Both the position numbers and the translations under genes were made by a program. DNA of 42,437 bases from the NCBI GenBank assembly GCA_964343395.1, contig CAYFJB010000003.1:1-42437 (forward strand), read 5' to 3'. This stretch comes from an uncultured Candidatus Saccharibacteria bacterium. GTDB lineage: Bacteria > Patescibacteriota > Minisyncoccia > Sungbacterales > HO2-52-23. Shown one piece after another: positions 1-10,167 of this stretch. How positions within the stretch are numbered: position 1 is the stretch's first letter; every line of letters starts with the position of its first letter. The notes beneath the pieces were generated by a model, which searched no databases, was not told where the DNA came from, and saw only the letters and a list, made by a program, of their open reading frames with translations.

Positions 1-3000
1 CCAGAGGAGCCGGCAGATGAGCCCATTGGTACCCCACCCGATCTTGAAGTACCGAATCGAACTCTTGAGATCTCGCCTTCAAGCCCGCAGGCAGGCGATA
101 CCGTGATCTTTTCCGGAACGGTACGCAATCGCGGAGGAACTCAAGCCGGAGCGTCCAGGACGCGGCTGAAGATTGATTACGGAAACAACGGATGGGATAC
201 TTTACTTGGTCGTGATACGAGCGCACTCCTCCCATCTTTCTCTGAAAGGGAACGATGGCAAGTGGCCAATGTCCGCGAAGGCGGAAAATTTGAGATATGC
301 GCTGACATATTGAATCAGGTAAGTGAGAGTCGGGAGTGGAATAATTGTTCTGAACTGGGATTCACGGTATTCATTCCTCCGCCCCCTCCAACAACCACCA
401 CCACTGAAACTCCACCACCCTCCGGCGGCGGCTGCGACGTGTCCTACAAAGACAATACTTTCCACGTCTGCTACTTTGACGGGACCAGCGCACCGACCGG
501 CAGTGACCCCGTCTTGACTCAATTTGATGATACAGGCGTTCCTTCGCCTGTGGGCAATTGGGGCGGATTTGAGCGCAATTGGGGCGGCGACCAGGTGGAT
601 AATACCGGGCGTTCAGATAATGTATCGGCGGTATGGAGAGGTAAAGTCAATTTTGAACCCGGAGAGTATGAATTCCACACTAATTCAGATGATGGAGTGA
701 CTTTGGAACTGGAGGGACACGGGAATATCGTTGAGAATTGGACTGATCATGGGGCGACTCAAAATAATTCCGGTCGCATCTCGCTCTCCGGCCAACGGGC
801 AATGATGCTGCGCTGGTACGAAAGAGGAGGAGGAGCAGTTATCCGTCTCTGGTGGGATAGGGTTGACGGCGGGGGTACCACACCTACACCAACTCCAACA
901 CCAACTCCAACTCCAACACCAACTCCAACTCCGACACCCACGCCAACACCAACTCCAACACCAACTCCAACTCCGACCCCGACACCCACACCGGGACCGG
1001 CCTGCAACAATAATTTTGACACCGGAGGATATAACGGGTGCGTCTACCGCGACATTGTACTTGATACCAACAATGGGGGGTTTCTCCCAGGCGCGCAGAA
1101 CTCTTTCATTGATCATGTAAGATTACCCGACCGGAGCGTTCTTGAGCACAGTGGGCTTTTGGGCGAATCCGATACTTTCACAACCGAATGGCGGGGGAGC
1201 TTCTATTTTGATGCCGGCGCGCGCTACCGTTTCTTCACCGAATCCGATGACGGGTCCTGGATGTGGATTCACGATGAGCCGGGACTCGGCCAAGTCATCA
1301 ATAATGGCGGCGGGCACCCCAGGCAATATAAAGAATTTTGGTACACCTTTCCAACAGCGGGCTGGCGGAGAGTTCAGATCAATTTCTTTGAAGACGGGGG
1401 AGGAGAATACCTGCGGGCTGGGTTTGACCGGCCGGCAAGATGCGACCTCGGCTCCCCGCGTAACAAATTTGATGGCTGCGTGTTTGACGGCACGGATTTC
1501 AATCAAGATCGCTTCATCACGAAAACAGAATCAGTGGTGCCGATCAATATACAGGATACTCTCGTCGGGAGGAGCGATAATTTCTCGGTGGTCTATCGCG
1601 GCCACTTTGAGAACTTCAACGGACGCTACCGTTTCTGGATTGAATCAGATGATGGCTCCAATCTTGATATCAGGAGACCGGATGGATCAGGATATCGCTT
1701 GCTCCTGGACAACAGTGATTTCCGCGGGGGCCAGCGCAGAGAAGTGGTTATTGATCTTACAGGCGGCAGCGCGGGTGATTATCTCGTACAGGTGCACTAC
1801 GCTGAGGCGACCGGCAATGCGTTTTTGAGAGCCGGGTGGGATAGATTGACACTCTGCGACGCCAGTTTCCCCCGCGACAAATTCCACGGCTGTGCCTGGC
1901 ACGGCACCACCTTTGACGAGAACCGACTCTTCAATCAATACGACACAGGAGGGCCGCCCATTACCATCCAAGACAGCATAGCAGGAGTATCCGATCAATT
2001 CTCCACAACTCTGCGCGGCAAATTCAACTTCCCGAGGGGCAGATACAAATTCTGGACCGATTCTGACGACGGCTCATGGATGTATGTCTGGAAAGAGGGA
2101 ACATCACAGCGGGAGGTTGTTCCTAACGGCGGCGACCACGGTCGCCGGCGAGAGGAGAGGATTGAGTTTCTCGAAGGCGGAGATTACCTCGTACAGGTCA
2201 ATTTCTATGAGAACGGGGGTGCGGCCTTCCTTAATTTCGGTTGGGACGCATTTCGTTGTGATGAGGGAATGAATCCTCAAAATACGTTTGTGGGCTGTGT
2301 CTTTGACGGAAGTGATTTTGATCGCGGACTCTTCGCGGGAACGATTCAGGAAGCAAGTACTCCGAATCCGGTAACGGGTTCACACACTGCATTTATTGAG
2401 GATTGGGGTTCAACTCGTGGGCCCCTTGACAGGACTGATAACTTCTCGGTGATTTGGTTTGGGAATGTGAATTTCACCCCGGGCGTCTACCGTTTCTATA
2501 CCCGTTCTGACGATGGTTCTGATTTGCATGTTGATTCACTCGGTAAAGTAATCGGCGAGGGTCTGCCCCCAGAGCACAATAACTGGGGCGAGCATGGAGA
2601 TCAAACGCGATTCAGTCAGTGGTTCGCTCTTTCCGGAGAAGTGCATCGTCTCACAAGTCACTTCTTTGAAAAAGGAGGGGTTGCGTTTATGGAAATGGGC
2701 TGGCAAAAAGCGCCGCCGCTGGAAGTTGCGTGTGTGCCGTCGCCGACGTCAGCGTATGTCGGAAACTCCGTGCGGTGGGACGCAATTGTGTCAGGAGGCA
2801 TTGGTGATTATCGCTACACATGGGGAGGCGATGCGCCGCTTGCTGGCAAGACCGGCAATCCGGTGAGTGTAGTATATGACACTGACGGCACGAAAACCGG
2901 ATCAGCCACCGTAACTTCAGGACCAACCTCAAAATCAACATCATGCAATGCTTCGGTTGCCGTAACCTACGCTCCGGTATGTATTGGAAAATGCGAACCC

Positions 3001-3333
3001 CCGCCTGGGGGTGGAGGCGGTGGTGATGGCGGCGGCGGTGGATTCACTGCAGGACAATCCACCATCAGTTTTGGAGAATCTTCAACCCTCTCATGGGACA
3101 CTACCAACGCAACCGCGTGTACGATTCGTGACGACGACCCCGCGAATCCCGACATCGGAAGCGTGCCTGTAGATTGCAACCCTCCTTTTTCCACGGAATG
3201 CAAAAAAGCAATTGTGTCTCCAGCAAAAACCACGACGTATACGCTGGAATGTACCGGACGAGGAAAATCTGCTTCTACCAACACTACAATCACGATTCTT
3301 CAAATCCCCAAATTCAAAGAGGTGGCTCCGTAA
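1..3333 (+). CDS. Large secreted/surface protein, 5'-partial: CARDB-like fragment, Pro/Thr linkers, five tandem PA14-like domains, PKD/Ig-like C-terminal modules
   Basis: Frame 1 is open from nt 1, so the GTG at 103 in the ORF track is internal and the gene starts upstream of the window. The N-terminal fragment [33 protein letters not shown] looks like a CARDB-type fold. There are five ~140-150 aa repeats. Each opens with a Cys pair ([66 protein letters not shown]). Each contains the PA14-like core F.T.SDDGS ([65 protein letters not shown]). A PKD-like segment follows ([21 protein letters not shown]), then a Gly-rich linker and a final Ig-like segment. Confidence 0.85.
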   Translation, partial: PEEPADEPIGTPPDLEVPNRTLEISPSSPQAGDTVIFSGTVRNRGGTQAGASRTRLKIDYGNNGWDTLLGRDTSALLPSFSERERWQVANVREGGKFEICADILNQVSESREWNNCSELGFTVFIPPPPPTTTTTETPPPSGGGCDVSYKDNTFHVCYFDGTSAPTGSDPVLTQFDDTGVPSPVGNWGGFERNWGGDQVDNTGRSDNVSAVWRGKVNFEPGEYEFHTNSDDGVTLELEGHGNIVENWTDHGATQNNSGRISLSGQRAMMLRWYERGGGAVIRLWWDRVDGGGTTPTPTPTPTPTPTPTPTPTPTPTPTPTPTPTPTPTPTPGPACNNNFDTGGYNGCVYRDIVLDTNNGGFLPGAQNSFIDHVRLPDRSVLEHSGLLGESDTFTTEWRGSFYFDAGARYRFFTESDDGSWMWIHDEPGLGQVINNGGGHPRQYKEFWYTFPTAGWRRVQINFFEDGGGEYLRAGFDRPARCDLGSPRNKFDGCVFDGTDFNQDRFITKTESVVPINIQDTLVGRSDNFSVVYRGHFENFNGRYRFWIESDDGSNLDIRRPDGSGYRLLLDNSDFRGGQRREVVIDLTGGSAGDYLVQVHYAEATGNAFLRAGWDRLTLCDASFPRDKFHGCAWHGTTFDENRLFNQYDTGGPPITIQDSIAGVSDQFSTTLRGKFNFPRGRYKFWTDSDDGSWMYVWKEGTSQREVVPNGGDHGRRREERIEFLEGGDYLVQVNFYENGGAAFLNFGWDAFRCDEGMNPQNTFVGCVFDGSDFDRGLFAGTIQEASTPNPVTGSHTAFIEDWGSTRGPLDRTDNFSVIWFGNVNFTPGVYRFYTRSDDGSDLHVDSLGKVIGEGLPPEHNNWGEHGDQTRFSQWFALSGEVHRLTSHFFEKGGVAFMEMGWQKAPPLEVACVPSPTSAYVGNSVRWDAIVSGGIGDYRYTWGGDAPLAGKTGNPVSVVYDTDGTKTGSATVTSGPTSKSTSCNASVAVTYAPVCIGKCEPPPGGGGGGDGGGGGFTAGQSTISFGESSTLSWDTTNATACTIRDDDPANPDIGSVPVDCNPPFSTECKKAIVSPAKTTTYTLECTGRGKSASTNTTITILQIPKFKEVAP
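877..993 (+). repeat. Hexanucleotide (ACN CCN) tandem repeat encoding T(TP)19 linker inside the PA14 protein
   Basis: Direct reading gives acc aca cct aca cca act cca ..., 39 consecutive Thr/Pro codons between PA14 domains 1 and 2. Higher-order 18-nt units (acaccaactccaactcca) are visible. Confidence 0.95.
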
Positions 3334-3393
3334 AAATAGGAGAGGGAGTTTTGTAACCGCCTCATCTATCGATATCTCTTCGATACCTCAACA

Positions 3394-4590
3394 ATGTCTA
3401 TCTGGAGGATTTTTGAGATAACCCTTGTAGCCGTATTTCTTCCGATCACGCAGTTTTTTTCTTTTTCCGCACGCTCTGTCGAAACGGATTCCCTTTCACC
3501 TGTCAAACAGCAAGAAATTTTTGTTCCGTCCGCACCGCAGGAGACGAAAACTGTGCCGCCCTCATCTCTTTCATCGGGAATTACTTCGTCGGCAATGTCA
3601 AAAAGCGCCGTACCCAAACTTCATGCGGATGCGTTAAAGCAATGCCTTGCCAAACCAGCATCACAAATCAACCCATGTTTTGATGCGATTTTTCGTCCGT
3701 ATCTTGAATCCCATTCAACAGCACAGGCGCTCCGCGCAGTTGAAGAACTTGGCGATACAGATCCGGGACTGCGCATCTCATGCCATCCGGTAATCCACTC
3801 AATCGGCAGAGAGACATTTCTGCGATTCAAAACCGTGCATGATTCATTTGCGGCCTGTGACCAAACATGCCATTCGGGGTGCTATCACGGCGCCATGGAG
3901 AGGTTTTTGCGCGGCGATGCGGCTGCTGAAAAAACACAGCATCTCACCCGGCAAGAACTTACTCAAAAAGCCGCATCCGCATGCGACCCGAAAGAAGCAA
4001 CGCGTTTTCGCTTCCAATGTCTCCATGGTCTTGGTCACGCGCTCATGTATTTTCTTGACTATAAACTTCGCGATACGCTCGCATCGTGTGATGTCCAGCC
4101 GGACGGCTGGGCCCGCAGTTCCTGCTATGGCGGCGTGTTTATGGAAAACGTGTTTTCTGCAACGCCGGAAAAACGAGATCTTCGTGCAGCTGACTATCAT
4201 TATCCATGCTCCACGCTTGATCCAAAATACCGGTCGGACTGCTACATGATGCAGACCACGCGGATGTCCGAAATGGGACTGTCCGCTGAACGACTTTTTG
4301 AGGAGTGCCGGAAAGCAGGGGATTACCGATTCACGTGTTTCCAGTCAATCGGCCGCGACCTTTCCAATGACGTGCGCATCGGACAGGGCGCTGGGGTCGC
4401 AAAAAAATGCGAACTTGGAAAAGAAGATCCTGAGCGCGAGGCGTGCATCCGCGGCGCGATCTACGCGCTCATTGACAACACGTGGGACGGAAAATACGCG
4501 CTTCCCTTTTGCGGCCTTTTCTCCACACAAGAACTGCGCGATTATTGTTCTTCTGCAAGCGCCGAGTATATTCGGAGCACCTATCAATAA
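3394..4590 (+). CDS. Hypothetical membrane-anchored protein with ~8 Cys-containing helical-looking repeats
   Basis: 398-aa ORF with an N-terminal hydrophobic anchor (IFEITLVAVFLPITQFF). A motif built around one Cys recurs every ~35-45 aa: SCHPVIHSIGRE, CHSGCYHGAMER, FQCLHGLGHALMYF, SSCYGGVFMEN, SDCYMMQTTRM, FTCFQSIGRDL, EACIRGAIYAL, DYCSSASAEY. I do not recognise a family. Confidence 0.7.
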   Translation: MSIWRIFEITLVAVFLPITQFFSFSARSVETDSLSPVKQQEIFVPSAPQETKTVPPSSLSSGITSSAMSKSAVPKLHADALKQCLAKPASQINPCFDAIFRPYLESHSTAQALRAVEELGDTDPGLRISCHPVIHSIGRETFLRFKTVHDSFAACDQTCHSGCYHGAMERFLRGDAAAEKTQHLTRQELTQKAASACDPKEATRFRFQCLHGLGHALMYFLDYKLRDTLASCDVQPDGWARSSCYGGVFMENVFSATPEKRDLRAADYHYPCSTLDPKYRSDCYMMQTTRMSEMGLSAERLFEECRKAGDYRFTCFQSIGRDLSNDVRIGQGAGVAKKCELGKEDPEREACIRGAIYALIDNTWDGKYALPFCGLFSTQELRDYCSSASAEYIRSTYQ

Positions 4591-4593
4591 TGA

Positions 4594-4738
4594 GAAGAGC
4601 CGATACGTCTCTGAACGGATTGTGAGGCCTTTTTGGCATGGTCCCCCAGCTGTACAGCTGGGGGCAAAAAGGCCGAACACCTAGGGAGCCAAATCGCTGG
4701 AATGAGCGAGAATGAGTGAAGAGACGTATCGGCTCTTC
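4594..4738. repeat. Nested inverted-repeat (multi-hairpin) element between convergent genes
   Basis: Outer 19-bp perfect inverted repeat: 4594-4612 gaagagccgatacgtctct pairs with 4720-4738. Inner 10-bp repeat: 4626-4635 ggcctttttg pairs with 4665-4674 caaaaaggcc. This encloses the palindrome cccccagctgtacagctggggg (4643-4664). No clean U-tract follows on either strand. Confidence 0.75.
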
Positions 4739-4750
4739 CTGAACTACAAC

Positions 4751-6280
4751 CTAACGGGCATATTCAATCGCGCGCAATTCGCGGATAACATTCACCTTAA
4801 TTTCGCCCGGATATTTGAGTTCCGATTCCACGCGCTGCGCGATCTCACGCGCGAGGTTATATGCCTCAAGATCATTAATTTTCTCCGGCGTCACAAAAAT
4901 TCTGATCTCCCGTCCGGCTGAAATCGCATATGCCTTTTCTACCCCTGCAAACGAAGCCGCAATCCGTTCAAGGTCTCCAAGCCGCTTGAGGTAACTTTCC
5001 AGCGTATCGCGCCGCGCGCCTGGCCTTGACGCCGAGATTGCATCCACGGTCTGCACAATCACCGATTCAACCGTTTCATACGGATACTCTTCATGATGCG
5101 ACTGCATGGCTTTGATGACGCGTTCGTCAACGCCGAATTTCTGCAGAATTCGCCGGCCGATTTCAACGTGCGTACCCGTAACTTCATGGTCAACCGCTTT
5201 GCCAATGTCATGAAGCAGGGCTCCTTTTTTCGCAACCGCGACATCAACTCCAAGCTCCTCGGCAAGCATGCCGGCAAGATGAGTCATCTCCAGCGAGTGC
5301 TGAAGCACATTCTGGCCATAGCTTGTCCGAAACTTCAGACGGCCCAAAAGCGTCAACAGCCGCGGGTCAAGATCAAAAATCCCTGCGGCATACGCAGTTT
5401 CTTCCCCGGCTTCCTTAACCTGCTTTTCGATCGCTTCGCGCGCCTTCTCAACGGTCTCTTCAATGCGCGCCGGCTGTATCCTTCCGTCTCGAACGAGATC
5501 CTCAAGTGCGATCTTTGCGACATGGCGGCGCACCGGATCAAATGAGGAGATCACAATGCAGCCCGGCGTATCGTCCACAATAATCTCAACGCCAGCGGCC
5601 CGTTCAAGCGCTTTGATGTTGCGTCCCTCGCGACCGATAATTTTTCCCTTCAAATCGTCTGAAGGAATGGTAACGGTCGTCGTTGTCACCTCCGAAGTTG
5701 TCGCGGTGGCAAGACGCTGGATCACCGTCGCAAGTACATTCTTGGCGCGTCGTTCGAGCTCTCCTGCGCCTTCATTCTCAAGTTTTTTGACGCGGGCCAT
5801 CAAGTCCTGATTGTGACGAGTCTCAATTTGGGAAATCACCTCGCCGAGCGCAGCTTCTTTTGAAAGACCTGCAATTCGTTCAAGCTCCGCCAACGCGCGT
5901 TCACGCGCCTGTTCCACCTCCGACTTCACTACTTTTATCTTCTCAATCCGCTCTTCAGCTTCCCGCTCGCGCCGTTCCATACCCTGCGCCCGTTTATCAA
6001 TAGTGGTTTCGCGTTCAAGAAGACGCTCTTCAAGGCGGCGAAGTTCTTTGGACCGCTCTTTTTCTTCCTGTTTTGCTTCTTCAAGAACTTTTGATGCCTT
6101 TTCTTTTGCTTCAAGAAGGGTCTCTTTTGCTTCGGCGCGCGAATCTTCAATGATTTTTTTTAATTTTGATTCAACAGAATGGGTACGCTGTTGGGCAACA
6201 AGCTGGCGTGCAAAATAGCCGAGCACAAGTCCGATACCAAGTACGATAACCCCCACGCCGACAAATGATGAAAAATCCAT
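4751..6280 (-). CDS. rny: Ribonuclease Y
   Basis: N-terminal TM helix (VGVGVIVLGIGLVLGYF), a long Glu/Lys/Arg coiled coil, a KH domain (LKGKIIGREGRNIKALE) and an HD domain (GALLHDIGKAVDHE). 509 aa. Confidence 0.95.
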   Translation of the reverse strand: MDFSSFVGVGVIVLGIGLVLGYFARQLVAQQRTHSVESKLKKIIEDSRAEAKETLLEAKEKASKVLEEAKQEEKERSKELRRLEERLLERETTIDKRAQGMERREREAEERIEKIKVVKSEVEQARERALAELERIAGLSKEAALGEVISQIETRHNQDLMARVKKLENEGAGELERRAKNVLATVIQRLATATTSEVTTTTVTIPSDDLKGKIIGREGRNIKALERAAGVEIIVDDTPGCIVISSFDPVRRHVAKIALEDLVRDGRIQPARIEETVEKAREAIEKQVKEAGEETAYAAGIFDLDPRLLTLLGRLKFRTSYGQNVLQHSLEMTHLAGMLAEELGVDVAVAKKGALLHDIGKAVDHEVTGTHVEIGRRILQKFGVDERVIKAMQSHHEEYPYETVESVIVQTVDAISASRPGARRDTLESYLKRLGDLERIAASFAGVEKAYAISAGREIRIFVTPEKINDLEAYNLAREIAQRVESELKYPGEIKVNVIRELRAIEYAR

Positions 6281-6595
6281 AATAGATTTTGAACAATAAG
6301 AAAGCGGACACGATACGCCTTTATTGTGCCGTAAAAAAACTATTCCTTTATGAGAAGGCTAGTATGCGCCAATGCCGCTGTACCGCAGGATCTGCGGCGC
6401 AAGAGAAACGTTAAGAGACAATTGACAGACACTCTTCAAAAAAGAAGAGGCCATAATCTCATGAGGCATAATTTTCGTTCTCGGCGAGGAGCGTATCGGA
6501 TTCACATTTTTTCTTATTTCCTAGTTTACAATTGAATTGATTACAACCTGTAAACAAACGTAGCATGAACCGCCTCGCGCTGTCAATGAGGGTTA

Positions 6596-6604
6596 TGGTA
6601 CACT
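6596..6604 (+). promoter_or_regulatory. Putative extended -10 box (TGGTACACT), 7 nt upstream of the gpmI ATG
   Basis: TGGTACACT at 6596-6604 and ATG at 6612. The same architecture occurs at 16447, 19933 and 34715. Confidence 0.4.
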
Positions 6605-6611
6605 TTTATCA

Positions 6612-8192
6612 ATGTCATATCGTCCGTTAGCGCTCGTCATTCTTGATGGCTTCGGCCTCTCCATTGAAAAACAGGGAAATCCCATTGCCGAGGCCTCCAC
6701 GCCAACGCTCGATGATCTCGCGCGGTCCTTTCCTTTTACCGCGCTTCAGGCGTCAGGAAGTGCCGTGGGTCTCCCGTGGGGCGAACCGGGAAATTCTGAA
6801 GTCGGACATCTCATCATCGGATCGGGAAGAATGATGTATCACCACTTACCGCGCATTGTCAATGCGATTTACGACGGCTCATTTTTTCAAAATCCGCTGT
6901 TCCTCGACGCGGCACACCATGTGCGTACAACCGGCGGACGATTGCACCTCGCGGGACTTGTCTCATCAGGATCCGTGCATAGCTACATTGACCATCTCTA
7001 CGGACTGCTTGAATTTTCGCGGCGGGAGAAAATCGCTTCTGTGTATCTGCATATCTTTACTGATGGAAAAGACGCGCCCTACATCGAGGCCCTTAAATTT
7101 CTCCAGATGCTTGAGGAGCGCATGCGCCAAGAATGGCCACAGGCAAAAATTGCCTCGCTCATCGGCCGTTTTTACGCGATGGATCGGGACGAACAATGGG
7201 ACCGTGTCCGCGCCGCGTATGAACTCATCACTCAGGGGCGAGGAGTGATAGCGCCATCCGTGAGCGACTACCTCGCATCGTCGTATGCCCGAGGTATCAC
7301 TGACGAATTCATTGAACCAGCCTTGGTCGGAGGAGAAGACGCGATAGTGCGGGATGGCGATGCCATACTCTTTTTCAATTTCAGAGAAGATTCAATGCGG
7401 GAACTTTCCCGGGCATTCACCGATCCTTCTTTTGACTGCTTTAGCCGGCGTCCCGTGCAGAACCTCGCCCTCGTCACCATGACCGAGTATACCAAAGAAT
7501 TGAAATCCTACGCCGCATTTCCGACGCTCGAAATCACCAATGTGCTCGGCCGAGTCGTGAGCGATGCCGGCCTCCGTCAGCTTCGCATTGCCGAGACCGA
7601 AAAGTATGCGCATGTGACCTATTTTTTCAACGGAGGCAGCGAAGACCCGTTTCCTATGGAAGAACGCATACTCATCCCCTCAGTCAAAACCGTACACATT
7701 GATGAGGCGCCGGAGATGCGCAGCCGTGATATTGCCGAAGCCGTACGAAACCGTGTATCTCAATTCAACGTGGTGATTGTCAACCTCGCCAATGCCGATA
7801 TGGTCGGGCATTCCGGCAACTTTGCGGCTGCAGTCAGGGCAGTAGAGGCGCTCGACGAGGCGCTTGGGATTCTTCGCGAGTCCATCCTTCTTGCCGGAGG
7901 CGTAATGCTCGTCACCGCAGACCACGGCAATGTTGAACGCAAACGGAGCGGCATTACCGGCGAACGGATCACCGAACATTCTTTAAGCCCAGTCCCTTTA
8001 TTCCTCGCAGGCAACGAGTTCCGCCGCTCACAGCCGCGCACTGATGAAGAAATCATGCGTCTTAAAACGAAAACTAATGGAATTCTTACCGATATAGCGC
8101 CAACAATTCTTGAGCTTCTCGGATTAAAAAAACCGCCGGAGATGACCGGAGTCAGTTTACTTTCAATCCTTACCGCCCAGAGCATTGAATAA
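6612..8192 (+). CDS. gpmI: 2,3-bisphosphoglycerate-independent phosphoglycerate mutase
   Basis: N-terminal LVILDGFG, GNSEVGH, a catalytic-region layout and C-terminal TADHGN. 526 aa. Confidence 0.95.
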   Translation: MSYRPLALVILDGFGLSIEKQGNPIAEASTPTLDDLARSFPFTALQASGSAVGLPWGEPGNSEVGHLIIGSGRMMYHHLPRIVNAIYDGSFFQNPLFLDAAHHVRTTGGRLHLAGLVSSGSVHSYIDHLYGLLEFSRREKIASVYLHIFTDGKDAPYIEALKFLQMLEERMRQEWPQAKIASLIGRFYAMDRDEQWDRVRAAYELITQGRGVIAPSVSDYLASSYARGITDEFIEPALVGGEDAIVRDGDAILFFNFREDSMRELSRAFTDPSFDCFSRRPVQNLALVTMTEYTKELKSYAAFPTLEITNVLGRVVSDAGLRQLRIAETEKYAHVTYFFNGGSEDPFPMEERILIPSVKTVHIDEAPEMRSRDIAEAVRNRVSQFNVVIVNLANADMVGHSGNFAAAVRAVEALDEALGILRESILLAGGVMLVTADHGNVERKRSGITGERITEHSLSPVPLFLAGNEFRRSQPRTDEEIMRLKTKTNGILTDIAPTILELLGLKKPPEMTGVSLLSILTAQSIE

Positions 8193-8229
8193 TAACAAAA
8201 AGGGCCGGCTTCCGCCCCTTTTTGTTATT
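8191..8229. terminator. Bidirectional intrinsic terminator between gpmI and clpP
   Basis: 14-bp perfect stem: aataacaaaaaggg (8191-8204) pairs with ccctttttgttatt (8216-8229). The loop is GC-rich. The arms supply A/T runs on both strands, and the element overlaps both stop codons. Confidence 0.7.
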
Positions 8230-8842
8230 ATTTCCCGTTTTTACGTTTAATGACCTCATCCACAATTCCATACTTTTTCGCCTCTTCCGCGTCCATATAG
8301 AAATCGCGGTCAGTGTCTTTTTCAACCTGCGCCAGCTGCTTACCGGTATGTTTTGACAGGATCTGGGTGAGCCGGTCCTTGAGACGAAGAACGTGTTTTG
8401 CGGAAATTTCAATTTCCACCGCCTGCCCTTCAATCCCGCCTGCCATAACTTGATGTATCAGCACCTCTGAATTCGGGAGTACAAACCGTTTTCCCTTGGC
8501 ACCTGATGCCAGAAGCAGTGCGGCGCCCGACGCGGCCATCCCGATACAAATTGTGGAGACATCCGGCTTGACGTACTGCATCGTGTCGTAGATCGCGAGC
8601 GTTGCCGGGACTGATCCGCCGGGAGAATTGATGTAAAGTTTGATGTCTTTTTTCTCATCTTCGGACTCCAAAAACAAAAGTTGCGCGATGACCACATTTG
8701 CAACAGGGTCCGCGATCGGGCCGCCCAAAAAAATAATCCGATCCTTAAGCAGGCGCGAATAAATATCATACGCCCGCTCCCCGAACTGGGATTTTTCGAT
8801 CACGGTCGGAATAAGATATTGACTGTAAGTTTCTTCATTCAT
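8228..8842 (-). CDS. clpP: ATP-dependent Clp protease proteolytic subunit
   Basis: [20 protein letters not shown], active-site context [14 protein letters not shown] and LIHQ. 204 aa. It lies directly downstream of tig with a 4-nt overlap. Confidence 0.95.
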   Translation of the reverse strand: MNEETYSQYLIPTVIEKSQFGERAYDIYSRLLKDRIIFLGGPIADPVANVVIAQLLFLESEDEKKDIKLYINSPGGSVPATLAIYDTMQYVKPDVSTICIGMAASGAALLLASGAKGKRFVLPNSEVLIHQVMAGGIEGQAVEIEISAKHVLRLKDRLTQILSKHTGKQLAQVEKDTDRDFYMDAEEAKKYGIVDEVIKRKNGK

Positions 8843-10155
8843 ACTGTTTCTGATTTTTCCAAAAATTCAAATACTTTTTGGTTGCGCAATGCCTCTTTAG
8901 TATACTCCATCAAATCATCAGGGTCAAGAGCACGTTCTTTCTGCGGGGATCTCTCGTATGCTGAAAGATATCCATCCGCCTTTGCTTTTATTTCTTCTTC
9001 AGTCGGCTCAATGTCTTCGCGCTTTGCAATTTCACGAAGACACAGTGCGGCGCGCACGCGCCGAATCGAATCCTCGCGCCATTCCTGACGAAACTGTAAC
9101 GGTGTTTTTTTGAGATTCAAAACATATTCTTCCCACTTCATTCCCATTCCTTCAATGCCGATCTTCATCTCCCCGAGCATAATATCTAATTCCCGTTCAA
9201 TGAGAATATCCGGAACTTCAATCACCGCCCCTTTCGCAATGTGCTCAATAATAAGCCCGCGTATGCGTCCGCGCTCCTTATTTTCCTTCTCGCGTGAAAT
9301 ACTTTCCTCAACGTTTTTCTTGAACGCTTCTGCCGACGCAAAACTCCCAAGCCCCTGCGCAAATTCGTCAGTAAGTTCTGGAATTTTTCGTTCCTGAACC
9401 AGTTTCATAACCGCCGTGACTGCAAGCTCTTTTCCTGCGTATGTTGTATCGCGCCATGTCTCCGGAACGCTAAGCGTAAAAGTTTTTTCCTCGCCGGTTC
9501 TCATACCGACGAGCGCGTCCTCAACCCCGGGCATGAATTTTCCTGTGCCGAGTATCACCGAATGATTCTTTGAGCCCCAGCCTTCGATCGTGACGCCCCC
9601 ATGGCGAATGCCAAGATCAATTTCCACGCGGTCTCCCAGTGCGGCGGGACGATCAACAGTCATAAGCTCGGTCCGCGATTCACGAATCCGATCAATTACA
9701 TCAATAACCTCATCACCAGATACCTCCGTGATTTTTCTTTCCTTCACGGCGGCAGCCGCAATCTCTTTATAGTCCGGCAGTGCTACCGCCGGAAGAACTG
9801 TTGTCTTTACTTTATATTCAAATTCATTGCCCGGCGCGAGTTTTGTCACGGTGATTTCCGGCTGGCCTATCGGCGGATTAGCCATTGGCAGTTGGCTATT
9901 AGCCATTAGCATTTCCAATATCTTAGGGTATGTACCGCGCACCGCAAGCTCTGCCGCGCGCTCATACACCATATTCTCACCCACGCGGTTTTTCACTACA
10001 TCGTAAGCCGCTTTTCCTTTACGAAATCCTTCAATGTCAATTTCTTCAGAAATTAAAATTGCCGCTTTTTTGACATGCGGCTCAAATTCAGGGAAGGGGA
10101 TAGTGACGCGGATTTCAATTTCCGATTTCGGAAGAAAGTTCAGATGATACTCCAT
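8839..10155 (-). CDS. tig: Trigger factor
   Basis: 438 aa with the N-terminal ribosome-binding signature GFRKGKA. It is in the canonical tig-clpP arrangement. Confidence 0.9.
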   Translation of the reverse strand: MEYHLNFLPKSEIEIRVTIPFPEFEPHVKKAAILISEEIDIEGFRKGKAAYDVVKNRVGENMVYERAAELAVRGTYPKILEMLMANSQLPMANPPIGQPEITVTKLAPGNEFEYKVKTTVLPAVALPDYKEIAAAAVKERKITEVSGDEVIDVIDRIRESRTELMTVDRPAALGDRVEIDLGIRHGGVTIEGWGSKNHSVILGTGKFMPGVEDALVGMRTGEEKTFTLSVPETWRDTTYAGKELAVTAVMKLVQERKIPELTDEFAQGLGSFASAEAFKKNVEESISREKENKERGRIRGLIIEHIAKGAVIEVPDILIERELDIMLGEMKIGIEGMGMKWEEYVLNLKKTPLQFRQEWREDSIRRVRAALCLREIAKREDIEPTEEEIKAKADGYLSAYERSPQKERALDPDDLMEYTKEALRNQKVFEFLEKSETV

Positions 10156-10167
10156 ATCCTATAAGAA

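Noticed and set aside
759-1022. Minus-strand ORF with a (Gly-Val)n run, and other frames with LQHQLQ or WSWCW repeats.
   Set aside because: These are alternative-frame readings of the (Thr-Pro)19 hexanucleotide repeat inside the PA14 protein gene and are not independent genes.
3334-3393. ggagagggagttttGTAACCGCC upstream of the Cys-repeat gene as a possible fourth copy of the GTAACRCGTTGTAKAC motif, and tcgataCCT as a -10 box.
   Set aside because: Only the GGAGAG and GTAAC parts match. The rest diverges, so the similarity is within chance expectation.
6350-6535. 61-aa basic ORF in the rny-gpmI intergenic region.
   Set aside because: It has no ribosome-binding or promoter context, a highly basic low-complexity composition and no motif. 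It is kept only as part of the long-intergenic observation.
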